From: Paecilomyces variotii
Lineage: Eukaryota
DNA length: 64,000 bases
Direction: 5' to 3' (one strand)
NCBI GenBank assembly: GCA_004022145.1
Contig: RCNU01000016.1
The notes beneath the pieces were generated by a model. That model was not told the origin of the DNA. It did no database searches and was given only the letters and a program-made list of their open reading frames with translations. This document shows, one piece after another, positions 52,781 through 64,000 of this stretch. The first letter of the stretch is position 1. Every line of letters begins with the position of its first letter. The translations under genes and the position numbers were made by a program.

Positions 52781-53091
52781 TCCTTGCTCCATCTTCTCAG
52801 AAGCTCTTCGGATTTGCTTCCGTACCTGGCCTCATAACGGCATTCTTGGTCTCGTGCTGGACTGAGGTTTGAGGTCCTAGGTGATCCAGGTTCAGACTAT
52901 ACGTGAGAGGGTATAGCCCTTTCGCGGTAACTCTCATCTCCTTGCTCTATCTTCTGCTCTTCGGATTTGTTCCGTACCTGGCTTGGTAACGGCATTCTTG
53001 GTCTCGTGCTGGACCGAGGTGTGAGGTCCTGGGTGATCCAGGTTCAGACTATACGTGGGAGAGTATAGCCCCTTTCACGGCCACTCTCATC
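52781..53091. repeat. Diverged tandem direct repeat, two ~155-bp copies (52781-52938, 52939-53091)
   Basis: Shared blocks GCTCTTCGGATTTG, TTCCGTACCTGGC, TAACGGCATTCTTGGTCTCGTGCTGGAC, GGTGATCCAGGTTCAGACTATACGTG, ACTCTCATC. Ends 6 nt before the WD40 ATG. Confidence 0.92.
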
Positions 53092-53097
53092 CTCGCA

Positions 53098-55989
53098 ATG
53101 TCCTTTAGTCAGAGATCTCGAGGGTATGGGATGTCCAATCCCGAAATGTCGTCCATCGATACGTCTAGGTACATGACGGATTTTTCTCGAGACGTTTCAG
53201 AGAACTCATATCTGGAGGAGAAAGCCCAGTCATTACTATCGCAATTCCTGAACGCTCCCCGTCGCTCATCATCATCACCAAGGCCAGAGACAGCAGGACC
53301 AGAATCCCATAGTCGTCCCGAAGAGACTACCAATGGATATCTTAAGGCGGTCAGAAACCAGGAAGTGGACTATACACGAGAAATAGAGGGGAGTCGCCGT
53401 GTGTTACCACGCCGCCCTTCAACACACCCATCGACTGCATGGCAACAGCGTGATCACACCACGACATCAACAAACAGAGGCCAAGTCTCGAGTACCACCA
53501 GCACAGTTCCTCGTCAGCCCCAAACGAAAATGCGAGTGAACAAAGTCTCGATGGAGCGGTACGATGGATCATCCGACGATTATTCACTGACAGACTCATC
53601 TCATCACGCTCTATCAGACATTGAGAAGCCAGACCCTTCTAAAGGGGGCAAACGCTCGTCTGGTAGGGTTCCGCAGAAATCATCGTCCTCGGTACCTGCT
53701 GCAAATCAATCTAGGGGAATCGCATCACGGCGGCCTCGTCGATCCGTTGCAGCGCCTACCAATTACTATGGGAACTATCCCAATTTTGATCTGGAAGAGG
53801 AGACAATCGAAAGCACACCCATAAGACACACACCAAGGCAATCTGCCTTTTCCGTCTCCCAGAGTCCTAGATCAAGTCCTCATTCAGGGGTTCGCCGCGT
53901 TGTAGCCAGTGGAGCTACACGGCCAGTTTCGGATAAGATGTCTACGTTATTGCACAGCCGCGAGATTGGCGGCCGTGTCAACCACAGGATACAGTCCCGG
54001 ACTTCTCTTGATTTCACCCATGTCAAGTCGTGGAAGGGCGCATCAAATGATGTCATTGTCCTGGCTTGGTCTGAAGATGGGACGAGGTTCGCAGTAGGTG
54101 CGGCTGCCCAGTGTGACGAGCATAATATGCAGTACAACCGGGGCAACAACCTCATTCTTGGTGATTTGGTGAGTAACTCACTGAAAGCACTCCCTGATCA
54201 CCGGATACCACGACCTCTGCCTGCAAGTGCTGCTTCACAGCATGTGTATAACACGGTTGACCCTCACCTGTATATGAGTGTTACTGCCGTCCAGTGGTAT
54301 GGCGACACGCTCTTTACAGCAAGCTACGACAATACGGTCAAGTTATGGGATGTGTCAAGCCATGCTGCTGCGCGTTGTGTCAAGACTCTGCATCATAATT
54401 CCAAAGTCCAGGTGATGGCAAGGTCCAATTTCTCGCCGAACCTGCTTGCAACTGGCGCGCAAGCCTTTGGCGTTTGGAATATCGAGAGCCGGACTTATAT
54501 GCCTCTTGATGTCGTCCGAAGGAACCCAACTAAGAACCTGGAATTGATTCCATCCTCCCTCGCATGGGGAACAAGTGAGGCTAGCAAACATTTCCTGGTG
54601 GGTGGAATGTCTGGGAGAGACACAGAGAATGGGGATACGTCGCGCGAGGGCCATATGGCCGTATGGCGAGTGAATGAAGCCTCTATCAGCAGTGACCAGC
54701 TGTTGCCGAACGCCCAGAATGTCTTTGATGTCACCTGGCATCCGAGGCTCCCCTTATTCGCAACCGGTAGTGCCGCACCGTTGCTGCGAAGTGCAACGAC
54801 CGCCAAGGATACCAGATCGGTGGTCCGTGTATACGACCCGCTACAGGGGAAGCGCTGTGCGGTGGAGTTCGATTGTCCCGCCTTGGACATCAACGACGTT
54901 GAATTCTGTCCACTGGACCCGAATTACATGACCGCTAGTTGCACTGATGGCGTCACATACGTCTGGGACAACCGTAACCCGTCAGAGATCTTGCACAGGT
55001 TGCAGCACGGGGAACCGCTTAACCAGTTGGATGAAAATCTAACCAGGGAACAAGCAGATGTCGGTGTCCGAGTGGCACTCTGGGGCGATCATGTGCAACG
55101 CTTCTACACCGGTGGTTCAGATGGACGCCTAAAGGTTTGGGATATTCTCCGGTCCCCGGAAGACGCTCATGTCCAGGATGTAGTGACTCTGGAGGAGGAG
55201 ATTATGTGTGCTTCATTCTCCGGAGACAAGACCAACATATTGATCGGAGACGCTGCGGGAGGAGTCCACGTGCTGTCGTCAGCTCCATTTGAACACAGTA
55301 GCTGCATGAAATTCGAGCATGCTGGTGAACCGTTTGATGATATGGAAGAGCAAGAAGAGTCGGCTGTGAAGATGGCGGATAGACTGCTATCATCCGGTCA
55401 GCTGGTGCGGCATCCGGTGTATGGAGTAGGCCAAGGACCTCTCTATAACGGTCCCTATGCTGCCTGGGCTAGGCCCGCACACACGCCCACCGATCTACTC
55501 GGGATCACTCCCCTTACAGAGGACGTACAAGCGCTCCAACTCGACGGTCCTCCTGTGGAGAGAAGACGTCAACTGGATGTTCGGTCTCGGCAGTATGTGG
55601 CAGCGCAGATCCGGCTTGCCCGTATCCGGAACGAGCGACGGTCTCTTCATAAGAGAAAACGGGATACATCTTGGCCTGCAAAGGTGACCCTGGCTCCGGA
55701 GAATCTCATTGATCTCTGCAGTGACGAAGACGAGGAGGCACTCGCGCACCGGCCACGCCCTCGAAAAGCTAAAGATCGCACAATAGAACCCATTATCACT
55801 CAGATAGTGGATGTGATTGATTTAACTGGAGATACCGATTCTGAGGACATTGCTGTTGGCAGCAGTGAACCTATGGATACGAGCGAGGTCGTTGGGGAAG
55901 AGGACGAGCGACTTGAAGCGCTGGAAGAAGACTACTGGTGGCCGGACAGCGGTGCTGTAGATGCCAATATCCAGGATCTTGACGATTAA
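53098..55989 (+). CDS. WD40-repeat protein, probably Raf1/Dos1/DIM-9-like CUL4-DDB1 adaptor
   Basis: Single 963-aa ORF: disordered N-terminus, WD repeats (LFTASYDNTVKLWD, TASCTDGVTYVWDNR, YTGGSDGRLKVWD) including a WDxR DCAF motif, and a QYNRGNNLILGDL block recalled from this family. WD40 is secure; orthology is tentative. Confidence 0.7.
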   Translation: MSFSQRSRGYGMSNPEMSSIDTSRYMTDFSRDVSENSYLEEKAQSLLSQFLNAPRRSSSSPRPETAGPESHSRPEETTNGYLKAVRNQEVDYTREIEGSRRVLPRRPSTHPSTAWQQRDHTTTSTNRGQVSSTTSTVPRQPQTKMRVNKVSMERYDGSSDDYSLTDSSHHALSDIEKPDPSKGGKRSSGRVPQKSSSSVPAANQSRGIASRRPRRSVAAPTNYYGNYPNFDLEEETIESTPIRHTPRQSAFSVSQSPRSSPHSGVRRVVASGATRPVSDKMSTLLHSREIGGRVNHRIQSRTSLDFTHVKSWKGASNDVIVLAWSEDGTRFAVGAAAQCDEHNMQYNRGNNLILGDLVSNSLKALPDHRIPRPLPASAASQHVYNTVDPHLYMSVTAVQWYGDTLFTASYDNTVKLWDVSSHAAARCVKTLHHNSKVQVMARSNFSPNLLATGAQAFGVWNIESRTYMPLDVVRRNPTKNLELIPSSLAWGTSEASKHFLVGGMSGRDTENGDTSREGHMAVWRVNEASISSDQLLPNAQNVFDVTWHPRLPLFATGSAAPLLRSATTAKDTRSVVRVYDPLQGKRCAVEFDCPALDINDVEFCPLDPNYMTASCTDGVTYVWDNRNPSEILHRLQHGEPLNQLDENLTREQADVGVRVALWGDHVQRFYTGGSDGRLKVWDILRSPEDAHVQDVVTLEEEIMCASFSGDKTNILIGDAAGGVHVLSSAPFEHSSCMKFEHAGEPFDDMEEQEESAVKMADRLLSSGQLVRHPVYGVGQGPLYNGPYAAWARPAHTPTDLLGITPLTEDVQALQLDGPPVERRRQLDVRSRQYVAAQIRLARIRNERRSLHKRKRDTSWPAKVTLAPENLIDLCSDEDEEALAHRPRPRKAKDRTIEPIITQIVDVIDLTGDTDSEDIAVGSSEPMDTSEVVGEEDERLEALEEDYWWPDSGAVDANIQDLDD

Positions 55990-56988
55990 GACGAGACTAT
56001 TGTGTCTGGCATTATTAGGGTTAATTAGGGTTGGGTTGGTCTTATTAGGCGCTAACTTTTGCATATAAGCATGGATAAGGCGCAGTCAATGACCTTGCAT
56101 TACTTCGAGAGGTGCATGTCGCTTGGTGTTATTAACTTATTATGCGACTGAGGGAGCGACTGTTATGTCTAGATTCCGATACCCTGGTAACTAATAGAAA
56201 TGTACTTTACATTGGTTCATGACAGAAATAGCCTAGTAGGGCAGTTTATATGCCCTGTGTTGTCCCAATGCACTGTAAACACAATAGTAGCATGATATCT
56301 TGCAATCAAGCACGAGGGCAAAGCGGCCAAAAGCGCGACCTGGGGAACGATCTTCAAGTCCAGCAAGGCTTAGCTTGGCTATTTCTTAGCATTTTTAGCG
56401 CCTCAATCAGAACATGGTAATATGTACTAATAATATCGCCTGTGCACGTACGCGGCGATAAGCACGCAGCCAGCTAAGCCTCAGGGCTGTGCATTGGTTT
56501 GGTGATGCAAGTCTGCAAGATCGTTTAGTTCTGGAATCATCTAGCTTTGTATTCCTTTTCTTCAGGTTGGATCCGAATACCTTGATTAATATGGAACAAT
56601 AAATACTGAGGCTAGATTTGCACCGCCACTTAGGCAGCTGAACCTTGACTATGGAGTATTATTAGAGTAGTACCATAGTTACTGGTAGTACTAGTACCAG
56701 ATTCACTTATTATTGATATCATCCTAGTTTGTAGTAATATTCGTTCGGTTAGTTCCGAGGCATAAGTTAATCATCCTATTTATTTAACTACTGCGGTTGT
56801 CCCCGCGTCAACTTCCTTCTTCCCACTTTACTTGCCTATTACTACCTACTTAACGTCACTGCTCATCACCTACATTATTATCTGTATCCATCACTCACTG
56901 GACTCTCCTTCACTCGAGGCTTTTCATCATCTTCCCCCGAGAAAAGAATCACACATACCATACTTCCAGTGAATCACTTCAACTTCAG

Positions 56989-58056
56989 ATGTCATTTGCC
57001 CCGCCACCAGGACCTCCACCCCCGCCCGTCCCGGAGGGGTGGAAGGCTCAATATGATGAAAGATACAAGCAGTGGTATGTACATACATACATCCTCACCC
57101 ATCCATCCTACCCTTCCGTACATTCTATCCTAACACTATTATTATCTCCCAGGTACTTCGTAAACCTCTCCACAGGCGTCTCACAATGGAACCCTCCCGA
57201 AGCACCCGCCTCACCCCGTCCTCATCTCGGCGGACCACCCTCCGAACCGCCCCCATCTTACGACCAAACCGGACCAGGCGATCCAAGCAGAGTCGCTGCC
57301 GCAGGCGATCATAAGACTCTCTCGTCTAATAATCCATATAATCACACATCGCCAGCAGGAGGAGGAGGAGGAGGGAGTGTGAATAATATCGACGAGGACG
57401 CCAAACTCGCGGCGAGGTTACAGGCGGAAGAAGACGCGCGCGCTGCGGGCAGGAGTCCGGCGCCGTCGTCGTCGAGTGGACGGAATCGGGGCGCGAGTGA
57501 TGATTATTACAATGCTCAAACCGGTCCGTCTCAGGGTCAGGGTCAGGGTTATGCTCCTTACGGTAGTGGTGCGAGTCCGTATGCTGGAAGTCCTGCCCCT
57601 GCTCCTGCGCCTGCGCCTGCCCCGGACCAGCAGCGTGGTAAGAGTGGTGGATTCCTAGGAAAACTCCTGGGTAAGGCGTCTGGAAAACATTCCTCTGGTG
57701 GATATGGATATGCAGGAGGTGCAGGGGGTTATGGCGCTGGTGGCTATCGCCCTCAGCAGCAGGGTTACGGAGGCTATCCGCCTCAACAGGCCTATGGAGG
57801 ATATCCTCCGCAGGGAGGATACTACGCACCGCCACAGCAACAGCAGGCTCCTGCACGACGTCATGGTGGGATGGGAACCGCTGGTGCAGCGGCGCTGGGT
57901 CTCGGTGGTGGATTGCTGGGCGGTATGCTGATTGAAGATATGATCGAGGATCATGATCAGCATGAGTATGAACAGGGATATGACCAGGGGTATGATCAGG
58001 GGTTTGATAATGGTGGAGACTTTGGCGGTGGTGATTTTGGTGGTGATGATTTCTAA
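56989..58056 (+). CDS. WW-domain, Gly/Pro/Gln-rich protein (Wwm1-like), 2 exons
   Basis: VPEGWKAQYDERYKQW|YFVNLSTGVSQWNPP is a WW domain after removing one in-frame intron. Also PPSY motif and a GGGLLGGMLIEDMI tail. Confidence 0.82.
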   Translation: MSFAPPPGPPPPPVPEGWKAQYDERYKQWYVHTYILTHPSYPSVHSILTLLLSPRYFVNLSTGVSQWNPPEAPASPRPHLGGPPSEPPPSYDQTGPGDPSRVAAAGDHKTLSSNNPYNHTSPAGGGGGGSVNNIDEDAKLAARLQAEEDARAAGRSPAPSSSSGRNRGASDDYYNAQTGPSQGQGQGYAPYGSGASPYAGSPAPAPAPAPAPDQQRGKSGGFLGKLLGKASGKHSSGGYGYAGGAGGYGAGGYRPQQQGYGGYPPQQAYGGYPPQGGYYAPPQQQQAPARRHGGMGTAGAAALGLGGGLLGGMLIEDMIEDHDQHEYEQGYDQGYDQGFDNGGDFGGGDFGGDDF

Positions 58057-58498
58057 GAGCACCCCCAGGCCTAGTTAACTTCGCTGTTACTTTGTAGCGG
58101 GCTGCTTGCTCTGCTATGATAATGGGTTTGTTGAGGATGTTTCTTTGCTTTGGCTTCTCCAAGTGATGGAGTTTGGGAGTTTGTTGTCTGTCATGCGCTG
58201 AGAACGATAACGATTATGGTTATTATGTGATGCTGCTCCTGAGATGCAGAATACCTGGTCTATGAGACGGGTTGAATTAACTACAAACTATTCTCTCTTC
58301 GCTTTATGTTACTCCCTGCTTCTACTTCATAGTAAGAACTCATATCGACACTGCATTTATATAAATCATCTAGCATTTGTATAAATCATCTTCTAGACAA
58401 ATATCCATGCTCGTATTACACTATCTATCGAGAAAATAACTTCCTACCCCCCGCAAACACTTGAGCCCAATATTACCAATCCCACCCTCAAGCTGACT

Positions 58499-59501
58499 TC
58501 AACCTCTCCTCCGTCCCGCACTACCGCTCTCCCTCCCCGATGTGATAGCCACTGAGCTATCCGCACTCGCACTCGAAGTCGTCCCGGCCATCCATCCCGC
58601 AAGGTCGAAGTTGGCCGGACCACCGCCTGAAACGGCACTGCGGCTCGCAGCCGTGAGTGGGCCACCGCGAGATTGCTTTTCGAACTCTTCGCGCATTTCG
58701 GGGTCCACTGTATTTGCGCGCGGGGGTTAGTATTGGTATATGCGGGTTGATTCTGGGAAGGAAATGGATGGAAGAGAAGAAAGACGTACTGTTTTCCATA
58801 AGTTTCGGCATAGCGAACATGACGACCATCGCAAAGACAGCGAGGAGAATCATGGGGTTTTTGAATAGACTTAGTGGGGAGACTAGATAGAAAGGATTAG
58901 TATACCATGCATACATACCCATATCAAAAGCTCAGAAATCCAAGAAGAAGAAGAAGGGAGAAGGGAGGAAGAAGGATAAAAACTCACACTTCGCTCTCTC
59001 CTCATAAAACCCCCTCCTCGCAACCACCTTCGCCGGAACAATCACATCCCCAATCCCATTCCCTCCTCCCACCGTAGCAACAAACATCTCCATCCCCCGA
59101 TTACTCCATGCATTTCCCCGAAACGTCTCCCATACCCCAATCACCGTCCCATCAGACGCGACATCCACGCGGTATGGAGCGAAGACGTATTCCCGGGAGC
59201 GGATATCAAGAAGGTATGATCTCGGGCCCGGTCCCGGTTCCGATTTGGATAGGATAGGGAAGGTAAATGTTGAGGAAGTGGTTAGGGGCGCGGAGAGGAT
59301 GTTGTTTTCGGTCCCGGTTCCTTTTTCACTCGGAGATTCGGAGAGAGTTGTTAATGTAGCGTGGGTGCTGGCGGGGAGGACGTTGGGGTTTGGGAGGAGG
59401 TTGGATGGAGGGATGGTGATTGTTAGGGAGGAGGCGGTTGTTGTGGCGGCGTGGAGGAGGGGGAGTAGCAGGAGTAAATTACGCGCTGATGGGAGGAACA
59501 T
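58499..59501 (-). CDS. emc7: ER membrane protein complex subunit 7, 3 exons
   Basis: Signal peptide; SYLLDIRSREYVFAPYRVDV; FYEERAK|FSPLSLFKNPMILLAVFAMVVMFAMPKLMEN|MDPEMREEF. Confidence 0.82.
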
Positions 59502-60109
59502 GGTGGGTTGGTGGAGATGGAGATGTTGGAGGAGGTTTGTAGGCTTGAGTGTTTGGTGTTGGGTGTTGGGTTGGCGGAGAGTGAATGCGGTTGAGAAGTT
59601 GAGTTGTTGCGGGATGGAGATGGGCCGGCGTGGAGTTCGGAGGAGCTGGGTTGACAGAATAGCACACCTCTTGTTTAACTAATACATAAGGGATGAATCT
59701 GACAATGCTTATTTTTTTTTTCAATGATAAAGTATATCTGATTATCTTTTTTTTTCTTTCTTTTCTTTTGGAATTGTTTTTACACATTCGTCGCGTGGAT
59801 AAATTCTACCAGACACTACTCTTTCTTCTGGCATCTCATCTATATCATCTATATCAATCCTTGCAAATCCACTCATTCACACATCTCAATATATTTTGCC
59901 GTGCTCAGTTAAACTATATAAAGGCTCAATTGCCGCTATAGCAGAATGCCTCCTGGCTTCATCCCCAACTAGTCTGGAATATAATCTGTACAGTGAATTT
60001 ATCGAGAACCAAGAAAAAAGCGTCGAGGCGCCTATAATGCATGAATAACGCAGTGAAGAAAACGGGCGTGAAGTGTCAGTGTGTCGTGTGTCGTATATAT
60101 ATATATGAA

Positions 60110-62465
60110 TCACAACTTGGCCTTGGGAGCGGCCTCTTCCTCTGCTAGCTGGGCGTACAGATCGTCCAGGACAGAGCGGTACTTCTTTGCCGCCGGGGGA
60201 CGCTTCATCTTCAGTCTGCGCAGAAGTTAGTCATCTTTTTTTGTTCAGAGAAAGGAAAGAAAAATAAGTGCCACTTACGTCGGCGTCAACAGCTCGTTCT
60301 CGACGGTAAACGGATCCAACATCAAAGCGCAGTTCCGCACCCGCTCGTAACCAGCCAGCTTCTGCTTCTTCGCAATCTGATCCAGATCCTTCAGCACCGC
60401 CTTGCGGATCTTGTCCTCGCCAAGTACGGCCCTGATGGCTTCGATGTCCGTCGGACTGATGTTCCTGCCCAAGATCTTGCTGGCATAGCCGGCAAACGCG
60501 TCGGGCTGCACGCCAAAGATGGCCACCAGCGAGGTCTGCAGACTGTCGCCGTGGATGTAGCCCTGGGCAAGGTATCCGAGCTGAGACATATATACACCCT
60601 CCAGGCGCTCCGGCGATACGTACTCACCCTGGGCCAGCTTCAGCACGTTCTTCCGACGGTCGATGATCTTGAAACGGCCCATCTCGTCAATGCTGCACAC
60701 GTCGCCTGTGCGGAACCAGCCGTCCTCGGTGACGGCAGCGGCAGTCTCTTCGGGGTTCTTGAAGTACTCCCGGAAGAGCGTGTTGCCCCTGATCAGCAGC
60801 TCACCTCGCGGGTATGGCTTGTCATCGACGGAATAATCCATGTCAGGAAGCGACATCAGGCATGCTTCCACACTGGGGGCCAGACGGCCGCAGTTTCCGC
60901 TGGTCAGATCGCTGGGATACTGGACAGTGGTAACGGCGTATGTCTCAGTCAGACCGTAGCCCTGGATGAGATCGATGCCGAACACAACCCTCAGGAAGCT
61001 GTGTAGGGCGGGATCCAGCGGCGCAGAACCAGAAACCATGACCTTAGCCTTATCCAGTCCCAATGCCGAGGCAACCTTGCGGCCCCAAATGCGGTCGTAA
61101 AAGGCATGCTTGAAGGTCCCCTTGGTCTCCAGGTTGGCCGTCTTCGTGGCCAGAACATGCCGCGACAGAGCACCCTTGAAGCCGGACTGTTCGACCGTGG
61201 CGCCGCGGATGACGTTTCCAAAGCGAGTGTACAGACGGGGAACTGAGACGAAACCGGTGGGCTTCAAGACCTTCAGGTCGTCGACGAGCTCCTGGATAGC
61301 ACCGTGGAAATAGCCGATTCTGCCACCGGCCCACAGAAAGCCCTGCTCCGACAGACGCTCGTAGATGTGCGCGAGTGGCAGGTAGGAAGCCATGGTATCA
61401 CCGGGGGAATGTTCCATCACCGACAAGGCACTAGAAGCTGCTGCCACGGCGTTCTTGTGTGTGAGAACCACACCCTTTGGTGGACCCGTGGTGCCAGAGG
61501 TGTAGTTGATGGTCACGATATCCTCCGGAGAAGGAGGATTGTAGGGGCGGTTCACGGAAGCGCCCAGCGCTTCCACTTCATCAATGGTGTAGATAGTAAC
61601 GTCATGGTCTCCCGCGATGGCCTTGAGGATATCGCGCTTCGACTGTCCGGGCTGCTCGCCCGCATCTACTGGATCCAAACTGACGATGATCTTGAGATTG
61701 GGCAGCTTGGGCCTCAGTTGCAGGAGGGTCGGGATATGCGGCAGCGAGGCCACCACGCAGCTCAGCTCCGCGTGGTTGATGATGTACTCGGTTGCCTCCT
61801 TGCCCAGGACGTCATATATGGACACGGAGTAGAGGCTTTGCGACATGCACGCCAGGTCTGTCAGATTAGCAGGTGACTTGGGGCTTCCAAGGCGCTTCCT
61901 GAAGTCTCATCTGACATACCCGTAATCTGCCACTCCGGGCGGTTCTGGCACCACAGTCCAACACCATGCTTGCCTCCCGGACATCCATGTCTCTCATGAA
62001 GTTCCACCAGACCAGAGCCGAAGTGCGCTCGTCGTCGCTGAACGGTCTGGTAGTCAATCCACTGGTAGGGACCGAACGTCTTGGTGGCGGGGTTGTAGGA
62101 TCTCCAGCCTAGACAGTCATTCTTGGGATATCGGTTTGCTGGCCACAGTCAGTATTGAAACGAGCGCCCTATCTAGCCTTCGCGGCTTACCCGACGTTTC
62201 AAAGACATCATGAGCGGTGCGGATCTAGTAAAAGAGCAATTAGCGAGGGTTTCCAATGATAGAGCAATGCGAATATATCTTGTGAGTAGCATACCTTTGG
62301 ATCTAGCGTCTCAAGCAGCTCTTTCTGACAGTTCCACGCACGGTAAACCCTGCTTCGACCGGGCTTCTCGGTTCCAGGAAGGGCCACACTCTGGGGCGTG
62401 CCCTTGGGAGGCTCCTGTCGCAGCTCCTCTGCGCGAGCAAGGTCAACGGGTTTGGAGAAAAACAT
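60110..62465 (-). CDS. Long-chain fatty acyl-CoA synthetase with C-terminal PTS1 (-AKL), multi-exon
   Basis: AMP-binding motifs INYTSGTTGPPKGV, SYLPLAHIYER, GYGLTE, DGWFRTGD, IIDRRKNVLKLAQGEYVSPE. Last exon ends ..EEAAPKAKL*. An apparent 5'-UTR intron lies just upstream of the ATG. Confidence 0.93.
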
Positions 62466-64000
62466 TGTTCAAATCTATTATCTGGAAGACGAGAGAGATA
62501 CTATGTTAGTTACCATTGACCACCTTGCGGAGAGGTTCAATATAGGAATATGACGTCCACATACCGTCGACTGCCCGTTGATAACCCAAACTAGACTCCT
62601 TGAGTATGATATCGTCCCGGGGGAGGACGACAGTTTGGAACAAACACAAAAGGAGAGACCTCAAATCAGACCACCAGATGTGCCCGATAGAGAAAAGAGA
62701 AAGACTCCAGAGTAGAAAATAATAATGAAGAAAAGAGATGCGCGGCCTCCGGACGGAGATAGAGCCACGGTGGACTAGAATGCTAGCTTAATTTAGATTA
62801 TAAACCCCGAGTCTATAACCCGAAGGATATGCGGAGAAGAGAGAGAGAGGAGAGAAAGAGAGCTCCCTACTTACTTCACATGTGTAATCCTCTCTCTCTC
62901 TCTCTTTTCTCGGAAGGGCGAACAGCGGCGTGCCCGGAGAATCGCACGTAGTGGCTGCGCGAAGGGGACTGAATTCCAGATAGCCCTCATTTTACCTCGG
63001 TAGCTACTGGATCTGGTTTAGACTTCCATGTGGATAGAGGATGTGTCGCCTTCGCAGCGCCTTGATTCCGCTTGTCTGGACGAGTCGGATGCAGGGACCG
63101 CTTCCCAGAGATCTCGGCGCAAGCGAACGCATTTCGGGAACCCCGTTGCCTGGACCCTCGGGGCTAGACGAATGAAGGAATGTTGTTCGTCAACGGAGAT
63201 CGGGTCGTTTTGTTTTAGCCCGCATCCACTCCTGATCCTAAACCGGTCCCCGTGTATGAGCCTGAGCCACATTCTGGATGTTTTTCCCAGAATCCCCAAG
63301 TCTCCGCGGCCAAGACGGGTATTAGGTTGCCGGCGCGGGAGGAAGAAAGAAAAAGGGGAGACAGGTGAGAGAGAAGAAAAGAAGAATATCAACGCCGTTA
63401 AGGTGCTTATCTCGGAACAATCCAAGCATTCGGACTAGAACAATATCCAGATTCCAGGAATAATAGTTGCATCTTCAGATAAACTCCGTGTATATTAGAC
63501 GGGATAACGAAGAAACTAGCGACGTTCCCAGTTTCCCGGAGCGCCCGATGGAGCATCTTCGCGTATGCATCTGCATTATTATTGTGTTGTGCCGGGATGC
63601 ATACTTATCGCGTCGCATCGTGCCAGCCTGTCAGGTTTCCTGTCGGGGCTACCGGACGAACGAGCGTTTGATGCAGCTGATGAAGGTTGGGACTATCTAA
63701 CAGTTAGAGTAATCGACAGTCGAACTAGACTGGTTAGTGAGTTATGTTATTCCATCTGATGCGGGGTGAAGTCAGCAGTCAGCCACCACCTCCTCTCCTA
63801 GGAATAGATCGATTTAATTTGCAGACCAGTTAGAAGAAGAGTATCGCACCGATCGATGGCAGGCAAGAAGTAGGTTCAAACTCTAGGAAGCACAAGTTGG
63901 GACCTCGGTAACTAGCCTGTGACGCGATTGGGATAAAGTACTTGTTCGTTGATCCTGACGGGTAGAGGAGAGAGAGAGAGTACTTAATACTGGTAGAAAG

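Noticed and set aside
56012-56040. Telomere-like TTAGGG copies after the WD40 gene (and CTAACC-like words near 20810)
   Set aside because: Only two non-contiguous units; compatible with chance.
58353-58395. ~21-bp tandem duplication between the WW gene and emc7 3' ends
   Set aside because: Two-copy slippage product in AT-rich terminator DNA; nothing suggests function.
62832-62913. GA/CT inverted repeat around an ATGTGA-GTAAGT word upstream of the acyl-CoA synthetase
   Set aside because: Low-complexity dinucleotide tracts pair trivially, and there is no evidence the donor or mini-uORF is transcribed.
63018-63759. ORFs of 64-136 aa at the right end
   Set aside because: No motifs, coding-like bias or coherent splice structure; probably upstream regulatory DNA.

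Overview
Eukaryotic, intron-rich fungal DNA. The gene set and intron style fit a filamentous ascomycete, probably Eurotiales; the genus cannot be fixed from sequence alone. Bases 1-~5780 are an extremely AT-rich, ORF-free block with a RIP-type dinucleotide signature (TpA excess, CpA/TpG nearly absent): a dead repeat/heterochromatin block, possibly a centromere flank. It ends ~130 bp from the erd2 stop codon. The remaining ~58 kb holds 21 spliced genes, mostly conserved: erd2, an SR-rich protein, an orphan DTGS retropepsin-like gene with a 22-bp minisatellite upstream, RNase III, rsm27, SF3B2/cus1, a stand-alone integrase-type H2C2 zinc-domain protein, byr4, xrcc4, complex I 78 kDa subunit, sly41, a PUF protein, pex39-like, ssl1, an M1 aminopeptidase, ypt1/rab1, pmp47, a Raf1/DIM-9-like WD40 protein, a WW protein, emc7 and a PTS1-bearing acyl-CoA synthetase. 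The best finding is a nested intron-within-a-splice-donor (stwintron, [D3,4] geometry) in ypt1/rab1 intron 1: two-step splicing restores MNPEYDY, while one-step splicing from the strong donor makes a stop at codon 5. Also notable: two frame-required GC-AG introns and a presequence-like N-terminal extension in the aminopeptidase, the orphan protease/minisatellite module, and a ~155-bp tandem duplication upstream of the WD40 gene. All exon coordinates were read by eye.
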